Origin: Botryllus schlosseri
Taxonomy: Eukaryota
Reading direction: 5' to 3'
Assembly (NCBI GenBank): GCA_051294905.1
Contig: CM119371.1
Location: 30,320,001 to 30,384,000, forward strand
DNA: 64,000 bases
Of this stretch, positions 13,584-28,500 are shown one piece after another; the first letter of the stretch is position 1, and every line of letters begins with the position of its first letter. Under the pieces are notes generated by a model. That model was not told the DNA's origin and ran no database searches. It worked only from the letters and a program-made list of their open reading frames with translations. Made by a program: the position numbers and the translations under genes.

Positions 13584-16500
13584 CTAAAGTAGCAGCCTCG
13601 CTCGTCTCCCAGGTTGTCACAGAACGCAACTCCGTCACAAACCGAAGCTTTTGCAACCCTTCTTGTTTGATTATTGCGAAGGCACCTGCAATTGGATTTA
13701 ACGTGGTTGCGAGATTCCTGATGTCAGTTCGTACAAGATCGATATGACGCATTCAGTAAGATCTGTCTCCGACAGTGGCTCTTAACGGGTGTTCCGTCGA
13801 ACACCAGTGGTTCTCTCAGTCAGTCTCAGTGGCTCCCAGAAAATCAAGAAACACACTGAGCTCATGGATAAGATGTGCGATGACAGCCTTGTCTTATCCA
13901 TCATGGGTTGCAGTTAATTAGGCCCGATCAATATAGATCAGCCGTTCCCAACCGGCGGGCCGCAGCACACTGGGGTGCCGATTGGACTGCACAGGGGTGC
14001 CGCGAGAAAGTAAGATGAATAGGTTTTAAAAAAGCGTCGTCGAGCTACGTCATATCACGGTTCAGTGCCGGATTCCAGTTGCAGTGACTAAAAGTCATTT
14101 CCGGCAAAGAGACTGTGATTGTGACGCTTGGTCGAAAGTGATGACTTTTTTAGTAGGGCAAGTTTTTCAGTAGGGCAAGTTTTTGCAACATTTTTTTGCA
14201 ACTTTTTTTTTACAACTTTCGGCAGCTTCTCAAATATTCAGAAGTTATGTAGTGTGGTGTTTTAAGCTGTCTGGAGGAATATTTTGGTGCAACTATTTTC
14301 AACTTTTCTTAATTTTTTCATGCAAACTTTGCAACTTTTTTGATTTTTCAGGCAACTTTTTGCAACTCGTTTCGATTTTTTATGTAATCAACTTTTTACT
14401 GGAAATGTTTGGCACTATGTGTAAATAGGTCGCTTGATTATTTCACTGTCGTTTAAATTTGAGGTCCTTTGTGATTCGACGTACATTCAGGCTAGACCGC
14501 CGAGAATTATATTTTCACTGGTCTATTTTTTCAGGCTATTGATTTTGTTGAAGTCGCCAACATTGAGTTTTGCTACAGTGATTTGGATATGAAACGATTC
14601 GAGTATCTTATACCCGAATGATTGTCCATAAATGCACTATTTACTGCAACTTTTGTGAAAAATAAGTGAAAATTTCCTCGGATTTGACTGCAACAAAAAC
14701 TTGCCCTTCACCACCTTCCCGAATCCTAAATTCGGACTACTCGTATTACCGAGATCGTAACTGCCTTACCCAAACTTCGCAGTTGATGGTGGTAGTCAAC
14801 GAATGATGATTATTCTACTAATCAATGAAATTGATATCGTTAAGTCTGATGTAAAAAATGTAGCAGGCGGACGGGGTCAATCTTGACTTCATATGTTTAT
14901 TGTATCATAAAAACCAAATCCGTGCGATTTGGTGGTTGGCTACTGCTGTATAACTTGTTAATGGGATAATATCGGTACCAAGTATAGAACCCCGTTTTAC
15001 ACTCTGCTCAATATCAACGTAGCAATACTCAAGCGCCGAATACATTGTCTACTCTGGCCTAGATCGTTAAGACGTAAGCTAATATTCCTTGCAAGTCGTC
15101 GTCGAAATTGTTGGCAAAGCGACGAAAGATATTGATTTCATGGGATTATTATAGCAATGGATTGCCTCAGTTGATACATTTGGCGACGCTTCAAACGTCA
15201 ATGTACTTCAGCATTGTGGCCTTATGTTGCCCGAGTCGTCGCTAGGCATCGTGTACAATCTGTACATGTACATTAATACAGGCTATCACGTCACTGAAAT
15301 GTAGGGTTGATAGTAGCAATATGACGTCACGTGACGTTGAGGTTCACGTTGACGTTCACACAGAACCTTTCAAAAAAGGTTCGCGTTCACACGAACCTGA
15401 ACCTTTCAGAGGTTCACACCATTCCTAGTGAAAATGATTTCGTAAATCGACATAAAGTTGAATTTATCGGCAGAATTATTCAACTAGTAATTTTCTTCGC
15501 GCTTCGCGCGACTCAGTATCACCTTTCTTTTTTATTTGAATATGGATACCTATCGCTGCCCAACATACCAATACGCATGCTTTACAGAAACTCTCATTTG
15601 AAACTAAGTAATTGGTATCACGCTGTTTTATTATTATTTTATTATTATTTTATTATTATTTTTATTATTTTACGAACGACACGATGACATTTTCCGAGGT
15701 TATAAGCCTCGCCTTTCTGAACATGGTGTCAACATGGGAACAACATAATGACGCTGATTTGCAATAAATATTCATTACAATGAATTCGTTTTGTATGAAA
15801 ATCAATAAAATCATACTTTAATGGTTTTGTGCTTCTAACACTCAGTTGAGGCACAGTTCATTTTATGCACCGGTAACCTAGAGTTATGTATTAGATGCGT
15901 ATATAGTAGAGGCGGGCAACTTCTCCGGTCGGCGAGCCGGATATGGGAAAATAAAGTACCTGGCGGGCCGGATTACAGAATCTATATATTAATCGCGTAT
16001 TTATCCACCTATACGGGGAATAAATCGTATTTGATGTAAACTTTGAGTTAAGCTGTTGAAGTCAATCAGACATCTGTGGTCGGTCAAAGTTGTTAGCAAG
16101 TTATTTGAACTATGGCTGCATGTCGTATGTAGTAAAGACTGCACGTGAACATCAGTTATATTGGAACGCAGCCTTGTCTCGTTAATGCGCTTCATCGAAA
16201 ATATATGTAGGCTACAGCCGAAAAGAGCAAAGTTTCATGTCCATCTTTATCAGGTTGGCAAACCTGGATTCATTCTGAGACGCATAAAATTTATCAATGC
16301 TTTCAGAATAGAGTTTCACTTTCAGAATAGAATTGTCAATACTTTCAGAATAGAATTTCACTTTCAGGGTAGAAACTCTCGGCGGGCCGGTCAAAATCCA
16401 TTCGTTGGCCGGATCCGGCCCGCGGGCCGTATGTTGCCCGTCCCTGGTGTATAGTTAGTTGTGTAATGTGATAAAGTTATGTTTTTTGTGGCTCCGCTAA

Positions 16501-19500
16501 AAGTTGTGGTTACCCGAACGCTTGCAGATTGGAGTATCTTTGGCCAAGATGAGTAAAGGTTAAAGACCAGTGGTCTGTGATATCTATAAATCCAACTCTT
16601 AATGTCAAAACCTCGATTAGGCACGAGTACCAAAATTCGAGCCACGGGTAGCCTACCCCAGGGCCCAGGGTTGTAATGACTTGAGTTGCGATTTTTTGTT
16701 GACTCGACTTGACTCGAGTCATTTTCTTCAAAATGAAAATGACTCGGCTCGAGTCGAGTCCATTTGTGTATTGACTCGAATTGTAGTCGAGTCATTGCGC
16801 CTGACTCGAAACCAAGTCATATGATTCGAGACTGGGTTCCCCATGACAGGTATGTCATTGTAATTTCGAAGAATACTAAAGTGATCACACTATTATTATT
16901 TCGTCTATCAGTACTGATACTTGAAAATGCTACCAGAAACTGTTAAAAGTGAGGGAAATTAGTACACTATGAATGCGAAGTATTCGATATCACCGAGCAG
17001 AGTTGTAAAAAGTGGTATTCACATGACATTAACACGGAACTGAACAATCAACAGATTGACTTGGACTCGGACTTGACACGGTGGTGAAATGAAAATGACT
17101 CGACTTGACTCGAGTAAAAACTAAAAAGTGAGGTTGACTTGTGACTCGGAGTCTTGTGACTTGGTTACAACCAATGTTCCCTCTAATTTTTGACGGGTCT
17201 GCGCACACTCACCAGCCCACTGCGCAAACCCTTAGACAACAGTGCGTAGCGACTACAAAAAAAGGTCATCACTTCAGATTTTTTGTGCTCAACTTCTGTG
17301 CGCAGAGGCCGTGTAAGCACTGCGCATTTGTGCACGTGTGCAGATTGGAGGGAACATTGGTTACAACCCTAGCCTATCCAGCCCTAGCTATCTGGAAATA
17401 TGTTTTGGCCACATCCACGTACTACCTAAAAATAATGATGCGACTAGATAGAATATGGCGGTCGCGTCGTGAAACTGGGTCAAGCAAGTGCAAGAGGAGA
17501 AATCTTACTAGCAATTTCGCAACCGATTTTATCTTTGCTTTTGGATCATATCATTTTTAGAGCCCAGTGCCCCTTTAACAGTTTTCAGTATGTTAGTCAA
17601 ATATTGTAGAATACTTAAAATATAGTCTTACTCGTGCAAACTTCATTCAGAGCAGGCGGAAAAACATGGAATAAAATTTATAACGTTTTATTATTATGAC
17701 AGACGACTGAATCCATGTCTTCCAGCTGAAATCACAATTTAGTGTTTGATAGCGTTCATTATAAGGTACAGATTCAACTTGAAGGTCTTATCCCTCCAGG
17801 ATCTAATAATGATTTTTTGCTTACAGTGACACATGTGTCTCGTCTTCAGTTGAGAAATATTCACAGAAGGTTGCGTTGGTCTCGCAGTCACATTCTTCTG
17901 AGAAGTAGAATTGGCACTCCGGTGTACCATTGCATCCGTTGACATCTGATAAAAGCACGTATTCGGGTTAGTCAACGCAAAATGAACTGAAGTAGGCAAC
18001 CGGAATGGAAGCACGAATCCAAAAGTCCAAATTAGAATCCATAGGAGATCGTCGACTACATCCTGAATAATTTGAACCGAATGGATTCGTTGTTTGATGA
18101 CATGTTCTATTTTATACTGAAAAACGGACGTCAAGAAGACAATGTGTCATATAGTCAAACTATACAAATCCCAACTTCATTAGCCCATGTCGCCGATATA
18201 GTCACGGTCGCTTATTGGCCACCGTATTTGAACAGGTGCATATGTTGACCCTGTCCTGTTTTTATCTTGGCAAAAACCTGCAGTTGCATAAACGTACATT
18301 TCTGTTTGGTATGGGGACAGGAGTAATTCTTTCCCTTGCGTTGAGGCGGCGGCAATATGTCAGTCAGATTTGAAAGCAGAAATTGTCCTCCTGAAATATG
18401 GAATTGTATTTCACGGAATTACACTAATGGTATTGATGACCACAGTCACGATATCGAATTAACTTATGTTTGAGCTTTGGACAGGAGTTTAACCATTGAA
18501 ATCGAAAACTAGATATTATATGGCAGATATCAGCTATCAATACGAATGGTTGGCGTTTTCGTGGATGAAATCGATGATGATATGGAACATAGTGGTTAAA
18601 TTGAACTTTACATACGCATAAACAGGACCGTAACTGCCGCATCCCAAACCCCTAATTGGGGGGGGTCGAGATCGAAGGGGATCCAAAATTATTTACTGAA
18701 CTTACATAAATTACAGAGAATTTTTTAAATTTATGCAATTTTTACCAAATATTTTTTCGCTACGCGGGATTTAAGATTTTCAAATATCCTGATACCCTTC
18801 CCCAAGAAAAACTATGCATGGTCTATGGAAATGGGCATTTCGGCGTAGGCCATTACCGCGCCACGACGCGCGACCTATGAAGTTTTAGACCACGTAACAT
18901 GCGTCTCAGAGAAGTGTGCCAGAACGATCAGCAGCAAGAAAACCTTGGCTAAAAGAACTGCCCTTATGCTGACCGAAAGCTTCGATATATATGCATTATG
19001 CACACACGTTTAATTATCCATAGGCGCCTAAATGACTGGCGCCGAGTGTTATTGTCGTAGCAATCTGAACCCAACAAGACAAATGCCATCCAGCAGAGAA
19101 AGATTATTTGCCAGTGAAGAAATATCAATCTGAAATCGTGTGCGTATTTTCGTTTAGTAAGTTTGGGCGATTTCGATTTCTGTTGACATAGAACAGTGCT
19201 CTTCAACCTTTTTCGACGTGGTACACCCTTTCAACGTTTGCTCAAAACTCGTACACCCCTGTTCATTAGGGGTCTTCAAAAATGACTTTTTTTCTCAAAT
19301 CGTACTGGCTACTTGATAAAATTGTTAGGTTACCTAATTTAAGCCTACACACCAAATTTGGTTCAATTCCAACCAGTAGCCGCCTTGCTACGGGAGAAGA
19401 AAGTTTCTTTTTATTATATAAAAATGAATAACGAAAAATTTGAAATTTTTCTGTTCACCCCATGAAAGTATTAGGTTGTCTATATAAACGATGTTCTTCA

Positions 19501-22500
19501 AATTTTGTTCAATTTCGACCAGTAGAAGTGGAGTTATTGCCGTCAAAAAATTTTGATTTGAATAAAATAGTATTTGGTCACAGAGTCTATTCGAAGCCAG
19601 TTAGGCCCCCCGCCACGCAAATTGGAATTTATTTCGTGTCAGAGCACAAACAGCATGACATTACGAACGATAATCAACCTAAATGTAACAGTATTGGGGA
19701 GAGAGTAGGTAAAACTACTGCTGCAGAAGCGGTAATTCAGATCAGCGATGTTAGCAGGTGCACCAGCCAATGCGTACTGCCTGCCCCACACCACATACAG
19801 TCGATAGTAGCACATGGGCTGCAAGAGTTGTCAGTAACCTCAGATCGTATGCCGCTATACACAGTCTATTGCAGTGCTCTTCAACCTTTTTCGGAGTGGT
19901 ACACCCTTTTAACGTTTGCTCAAAACTCGTACACCCCTGTTCATTAGGGGTCTTCAAAAATGACTTTTTTTCTTAAATCGTACTGGCTACTTGATAAAAT
20001 TGTTAGGTTACCTAATTTAAGCCTACACACCAAATTTGGTGCGATTCCAACCAGTAGCCGCATTGCTACGGGGAAAATAAATAAAGAAAAATTTGAAAAT
20101 ATGGTAAGCCTAGTGTACGTTATGTGAGACCGCTTTTCCCGCCTAGACGCGCGAAGCGCGAATAATTTCAGTAATTCAAGAATGTAATCGGGCAATATGA
20201 TCGGGAATTACATATATATTGCTATCAATTTCGATCCTCTCTCTGCTCACGTAATCAGATTCACCGGTAGAGCTGAGCGAAGTCTGTTTTAAAATTGTAG
20301 GACATCCCAATAATAATTAGACATCTTCGGGCGTATACCCGTTGGCAGGAACGAAACAGCACTTCGTCAGCCCCGCCCCCCCACAAAAACTTGGGTTTTG
20401 GGTTCTCATAGGGTGATAAACCCACCCCTCATCACAGTGTTCGCTTTTGCCGAGAAATTTGCTGCACTGTTTAGTGTGCCAGCTCGAAGCGCGAAAATTT
20501 TCGATAATTCATTATACAATCGGCCAATAAGATTGCATTGCATATATATTGCTATCAATATCTTGTCCTCTCTGCTCATGTTATCAGATTTACCGGAAAC
20601 TGTAGGGCCCATAAATAATAATTAAACATTTTCGGGTGGGCGGACCCGTTGGTATGACTTCGTTACATTATTTTATTTCGTGACCTCCTGTCTGCTATAT
20701 CAAAAATATAGAATTGCTCTAACGTACTAAACTAAAAGACGCACACGATTTCAAATTGGTATTTCTTCACTGGGATATATTTTTTTCTTGCTGGATGGTA
20801 TTGGTCTTCTGAGGTTCAGATTGCCAAGACAGGAACATATGGCGCCAGTCATTTAGGCGCCTATGGACAATCAAACCTATTATTTGGTATATATAACGAA
20901 GTTTTCGGTCTGCGTAAGGGCAGTCCGTTTCGGCCAAGCTTTTCGCGCTGCCGATCGTTCTGGCACACTTCTTGGAGTCGCATGTAATAAGTACTAAATC
21001 ATTATATATCTTGGTGCGTGGTGGATTGGTGGCGTGTTAATGGCCAACGCCGATATGTCCATTTCTATAAATGTTGCGTGTTTTTTCTTGGTGGAAGAGT
21101 ACCAAATAATAAACATAATTGGCAACTTTAAATCGCGCGCAGCGCGAAAAATTTTGGAAAAAATTGCATAAGTTTTCAAAAAATACGCCATAATTTATGT
21201 TAATTCACGAAATAATTTGGGGCCCCCTTCGAGCTCAGCCCCCCAATTGGGGGGTTTGGGGTGTGGCAGTTACGGTGCTGCATTGCATGCTCATTAACCT
21301 GTGCGTCAGCCTGTCCTGACCCATAAACCTGCCTTTGTAATAGCTAGCCATCGGCTCATTGTAATTCGGATCTGGTACACCCCTGTACACCCCATCCGAG
21401 TGGTACACCCTTTGCAAATTCTGGTACACCCTAGGGTGTACGACCACCCCGGTTGAAGAGCACTGGTCTATTGTCGCTAATTTACATCACTAATAAAAAA
21501 ATACTAAATTGCAAATGTATGGCGAAATATTGGACATACAATCGGCATTTTAAAACAAAAGGGCTTCGATTTCAACATGGAAGCTGTTTCGACCCTGGCT
21601 GGCTACGTCACTTCATTTATGTGCATTGCGGTATTTATTAACGTCGGGTAGGAAGTACAGATTTAAAAAGTCTGAGCTATCGCGGCGGTTTCCTCCAAAA
21701 TCACTAAAAGACAAATGACTAGCTGAACCCATGTTTGTTAGCTGCATACTTTCCAACACCAAACGGAACCATTGGTCTATTGCCGACGGCTAAATGAATA
21801 GAAGAAATATTTGCTTATGACATCACAATCAAGTGGTGTATCATATTGCTCATTAACCTGTGCGTCAATCTGTACTGACCCATAAACCTACCTTTGTGAT
21901 AGCTAGCCATCGGCTCATTATAATTCGGATCTGGTACACCCCTGTACACCCCATCCGAGTGGTACACCCTTTGCAAATTCTGGTACACCCTAGGGTGTAC
22001 GACAACCCCGGTTGAAGAGCACTGACATAGAAGACAGGTCACGAAACATCATAATGTACCGAAGTGATTATGCCAACGCCCGCCCGAATATGTTTAATAT
22101 TATTATTTACGGAGGCTACATTTTCCAAGACACCTCACTCAGCTCTAACGCTAAATCTGATTACGTGTGCAGAGAGAGAGGATAAAATTAATAGCAATGT
22201 ATATGCAATTCCCGATCATATTGAACGATTCAATCATGAATTAAAGAAAATGTTCGAGCTTCGCGCGGTTATACGGAATAAGTTGTCTCACGATAGAGCA
22301 CAAGAAAATTTGATAAGTAGCCAAAAAAAACGGTTGGCATGACGGGGGTCTAGGTGGCGAAGCCTCAGAAGTTTGGTTTATCACTCTATGGGGCTCAAGA
22401 TCAACGTTTGGGGAGCTGACGAAGTGCTGTTTTGATCCCGCGCCTATAGTATTTTCATATCCGCCAGCATTGAATTCGTATCGTGTTTCGACGCTGACGT

Positions 22501-25500
22501 TGAATAAAGTACAACTCACGTTTTCGACATCCGGTCTCATCCTCGCCGTCCTTGCAGTCAGCACTACTCAGTACAACAATAGTTTAGTTATAGCCGTGGT
22601 ACCCAACTTTTGACACTGACTAGGCTATATTGTCGGGCATAATTGTGGAAATACAGCATATAGAGATAAAGGGTACGCACCAATGTGCCTGCAACACTGT
22701 TTTGTTTAATCTATAGGGTTACTATTAGGGCTGGGCACAATGATTCGAGTACTCGAATCTGAATCGAGTATTAATTTGAATGATTCGAGTCGAGTAGTAA
22801 AAGACGATTTTTTCGAGTAATGAAATTATACGCTTCTCGCCACTGAAAGTTAATTTATCAACGAGAATTCTAGTTTCGATAATAATTTTCACTGTTGAAG
22901 CCTTGAAACCTTGATTGGCGGTATTGTAACTTACAAAACATAGTACAAACCTACGAAGGTTTCTGGACGTAGCGCATTTACGAAGTCATGATAATCCCAC
23001 AACATTTCCACCACGTAGAATGAAATCGGTATGGTCGATTAAATACCAAAGTATCTTTTACGAGATGGATAAACTGCATTATATGCTTTGTGGTGGCAAA
23101 AACGGTGCATATTTGAACTTTGACGTAATACATTCTGTTATGACGTCATAATTGGTGATACTCGATTACTCGACTCGACTCGAAGCATATTACGTGATTC
23201 AGAATCGAATCACTCAGGTACTCGATTTTGCCCAGCCCTAGTTACTATACGTCCTCTTTTAGGAGGATTTGTCGTCTTTTTTCAATAAATTGAAAGTGTC
23301 CTCGGAGGACGCATAAATGTCCTCTTTTTTGGGGAATTTGGTACCACCAATATGATAATCCTAGTCTGAACACTATTTGCGACGCAGACCTTATGCCTAA
23401 ACAGGCTCAAGTATCCTGCAGATATGTAATTCGAACAATAGTGGTCAGTGATACAAGACAGGTCAGGAACCGCGCGGTTAATGGAGATAGTTAGAACACA
23501 CACCTGCCCGAAGTAAATAAACCAAATGCTACCTACTTGTCATCGCAAACCACTGAAGCAGTAATGGAAATTTCTGTTTCGTTGTATGCTGAGAGGCAAG
23601 AAGGCCCTGATGCTTGCAACATCCCATCTACCAACATTAATTAATCAATCATTGAATTGTTCTTGACTATAGGATTCGCTAGCGATCGTCTCACCAGCAA
23701 TCAGCTTCTGACAGATGAGCGGCCTCGTACTCTCTGCACAAAGACATTCATCGCTAAAATCCGGGCAGTCTACAACTCCGTTACAAACGCTCGTAATAGG
23801 TATTACAAAGCCTGGGTTCGACAGACATCGGAAACACTTTTCGTCGAAGAAATCTAAATGAAGAAATTGCATATCTTCCTGTCGCCATATGGATTCGACA
23901 AATCAAACTCACATTTCCCGTTCGCTCCGCATAAGCATTCATCAATATCTGAATTAAAAGCGTCTTCGCGTGTTAGGGAGAGAAGAGAGAAAAGAAAACA
24001 GTAGATTCTGTCGCAGGGCGGCCAACCCGTGGCCCGCGAGGTAATTCTCAAAATTAATAATATTATCAAAAAATTAATTTCCAGGTAATATATAATGAAC
24101 TTGCCAGGCCCACCAAAATTTGATTGGCCTGTCCATGATATTTGAGATGTTGATGACTAAGTATTGAAATATTTCTTAGCACTTCTCACGATTTATTGTC
24201 TTCCAATTTGCAGAATTGAGTCCAACTATATATTGGCAAAGTTTCGCAAAGATTCGCTTTGTGCGGATAGGACAATAATGCACCTGCACCCTGAGCTTTT
24301 ATGACATAATTGTTATCAATTTCAATGCGTCGTCACATAATTCTTGTTTTGACCGTGACCTAATCCGGATCGCTCCTATCGGACGACTGAAAAACGTCAT
24401 CAACATTCAAGTGGCCCGATCAATGGTTCATAAATCTCATGTGGCGCTTTGGCCGAAAATGTTGACCACCCCTGATCTACCGGATAGATGAAGACCTATT
24501 TTCGAGAGAGACATAGGCACGATTTCGGAGAAGCGAATATTAAAATAAATAAATCTGTTGTTGGCTACTGGGCCCGAATAGAAATGTGGTGTCATTGTTA
24601 CAGTGGATCGCATATCTCATAGCACAAATGTCCCCAATTGGCTAGCAAAGGTATATGTTCGATCGCGCAAATGTAGCGAGTTGGTTAAAAATGAGCTGCG
24701 GTAAAGAGCTTGCTATATCATAGCATGCTGAGTAAGATGCCGGTGGTGAAGGTGGTTCACTTACCATTAAGGCAGAAACCTATTCCATCACATACATTTT
24801 CCGCAGGTAGCAGACACGTCTCGATCATATGTGATGACTTTGATCTACAGACTCTGCCTTCGTAAATCGGCTTAACTCCTGCTAGTACTTCTATTTCGTC
24901 GCTGCCATCGCTATGAAGACGAAAAGAACTGAAGAAGCTCATCCGTTAGAATAGCGAATAGCGCATGGCATCGATAGCTTTGCTATAAAGCTACTACTCT
25001 CTCCCGGGTCTGTGCGTATGATATATATCAGTGACGTGCGGTCAGGGGCGGCAAGAGAGACAATGCCTCACCTGTCGTCAGGATGAGTAAAGACTTCCAT
25101 GATTATTGTTTCTCTGCGCTGTCATTCTACGTAATGCTTTTAACGAAGTCGGATTCTACATTACTTTGCTATTTTGAGCGCGCTCTAGTGCTCTGAAATC
25201 ATTTATATTTGTATTTCGGGAATCAGTGCGACAGTAGCAAGATTATTATCAGTTATGATAAATTCTGCACGTCACTGCAACAGCTACTTATATTGTAATG
25301 AAATAAACCGGTTACTTTTAAAAAACGAATCACTAACCTTGATGCCTATGTTATGCCGCAATACGACCATACTACACCAAGAATTTCTGCTTGTTTTAGG
25401 CGAAAAGAGTTCCTAACACTGACGAAGCAGGCTGGTCAAAGCAGACTTATCTAACAAAGTCATGAATATTAACTCCCCTCCCCCCCAAAAAAGTTGTTGG

Positions 25501-28500
25501 GTCACACATGTACATATTCCGTGCAGATCAATCAGCCTAAATGCTATATATTTTTAAAATGGCGAAGAGTAAGGATGTCGTCATAATTTATGTTCGTCGG
25601 GGATTACAATATCATCACCGGTCAGACTCACCCACAATCGTCTTCCTCATCACAAAAATACTGAGCGTCGATACATCTGGATCCGTCCAAACAGGCGTAA
25701 TCGCCTGTCCAGCAAGTTGAATCTGGAAAGATAAAAACTTGAATACTGCATCGTGACTGTACCCGAACGTCTTATTTGTAGGGCGATTTTTTGACCTAAA
25801 AACGAAAGATTTTGATCTCACGTATGTAAATTAGGCGTTTTCCCACAAAATCATCTTAGAATTGTACTACTTATCTTCATTTCTGGTTGGAACTGTCTGT
25901 CATTGAGAAGTATTTAGGCCTGAGCAAAACATTTTTAATTTAAAAACTGACAAATTTTTACATGACAAAACTTTATTTTAACTAAATCTGGACTTAGGAA
26001 GAATTCAAGGAGTTCCATTACGCATTATGGAAAACTAATTAAAATTTGTTGTAGTACAACAAAATATACTTTCCTACTTTTCTTACTCTACTAGTTGCTG
26101 ACGATTACCCCTGACGAGTGTCAGCCGAAAATATTCGGGTTCATTTCAATATGAATATACTATTCAATTGTATATTGAAGTTCTGTACCTCCAAGAAGCT
26201 TTTCTTACTAAGCTTGCCAAGAATGAAAGAAGAACCTTCAACAGTAGCAGTTGTTGGCTGGCAACACTGAAGTTGCGTGTACAGTACACGGGTGGTGACA
26301 CACCGTGTTGCTTCATTCTGACAATTTTGCCTACATCACAATTATCATCAAGCGCTTGTTGATATAAAAAAACAATGCCCATTGCCCACGCAGACTTCCT
26401 TCAGTTAGAATATTGCGGTACATTGAGCATAACACCATGCCAACATATTTGTTTCATTTGGCCGTTTATGATTCACAATGAGCAGACAATGGGCCTTCTA
26501 CAACGGTAGGCCGATAAATTGGGCTACAAGCTGTAAAATATCAATGATAAGTTCACCCACAGTGCAAACATCTACGATACAAAAGAAATGCAGGTTACAA
26601 AAAAAATTGACTTTGTAAACAATTTTGACATTTTTTGACCTTACGCTACAATTTTGACAATATTTTGATTCGGCTTTTCAAATCTCTGAAGAGGTTGCCA
26701 GACATCGGTGATCACTGATCAGCGGTCTGATTTGCCTTAGGTTTTTACGTCAGATGTCTTTTCTGCCTCAACTTATTCTCCCACCTTCCTGGGGTTTAGG
26801 CAGTACCGTTATTAGCAGATACCGATATGGATCGTTGCCGATGATGCCGATCTCATAATATGACATTGATATATCCATTAGAGCTTCTAATTGGGGGCAG
26901 TAATTTGACATGTCGAGTATCATCAGATATTTACAATCAAACGACAGCTAAGAAACTAGCATTTTCACGAAGAATTGAACTCCAACGGTTCACATCAATC
27001 AATCTAGCAGTAGTGAAGATAGAAGACATAGTAGAGTGATGTCGTCATTGGACAGGCCGATACATATCGGCCATAGTGGACGACCGACATTTCTACGGAA
27101 GTTTAAATTGCTCAAGCGGGTGAATTGAAAAAATATTGCAAGACTTATCTTTGCAACTAACGCAAATTGACTACCGACACGCCTATTGCGTGCTTTCGAA
27201 TTATTTTCTTTTGACGTGATGCGAATTTAATGGCGATTCATCAGAAGAAGTGATGCAATCCCAAAGAAACAGTATACTTCCCACTCGATAAAATAAAAAA
27301 TGTAACAATTAGGTGGTTCGACTTCAAAAACTGTTTAAGTAGAAGCTGAAGTAATCAAAAAGTAGTGAAAGTTTACAAAATATAGTACTCCTAAAATTTG
27401 ATATACTGTTACTGACAACATCTTTACATACGTCTGATAACGGGATGACGCCAGGCATCGCACATAAGATGTATTCTCACCAGACTGACACAATTTATCT
27501 TTCTGCGGAACGAGCTCATCTGGCAACACGCAAATGTAACCCATTCCTGATTTTCCCGCGCAAAATGTCACGTTGGGTCCGTACGCCATTGTGTTTTCTC
27601 TGTACGGTGGTAAATCAGATCCATCTCTAAAACAAGGAATACGTGCAATCAGTTACAGTCATGCTATCGCATATTGGCCTCGTCGACATGCCTCGCTACT
27701 CTAAGTATAGTTCTATAGGTAGGGTGCATTTAAAACTAAAATCAATTTAAAACAAACACGTCTGTCTGTCTGTTTAAAACATGTTTTTTATTGATACTTT
27801 TTAGCCGTGACGTCACGAATCCTTGATTGTGACGTCACACTTGATTGACATTGACAATTGAAAATGTACGGTAAACATGGCTCAGTCGACGAAAAAGGCT
27901 TCCGGACACTGTCTTAAACAGACCAAAAATATCTTTAAACCAGGACTACATCGTTATGCAGCACTGTTACCATCGGCGGTCATCATCATCATCAGAAAAC
28001 CCATTCCGTGCTAATGATCTATTATGAACACGTGATAGCTGTTGAACCTACCGCGATTTAGAGAGTTCGATCCAGCCACATCACATCGTATATGTCGACT
28101 TTATTTGCTGCAAATTGTCCGTATAGGCTCATACTACATGTTTTTCCAAAGTATTTACACAATTATGACATAATTATACGTTTGAAAAAAAATTAAAAGG
28201 CATTTTTCAAAACACTGTTTGAAACATTTTTTAAACAAAGTATTTAAATACACCGTAAGTTTTAAATGCACCCTAACTGTAGGAAATAGAAGGTGTGAAC
28301 GTACTCAAGCAATTATAGTTAAAAACTATATTTACATGGTAGGCCACAGACTTTTATCAGACAATCCTTATAGTGACAGCATTTTAAATTCCAACGTAGA
28401 TATCTGCGGTAAATTCAGAATGACTACTATGCTGCTTAATATATACCCGCTATTCAGGTGCGAAATCGCGCGGTTTTAGGGCGATGTCGGTAATAAATTC

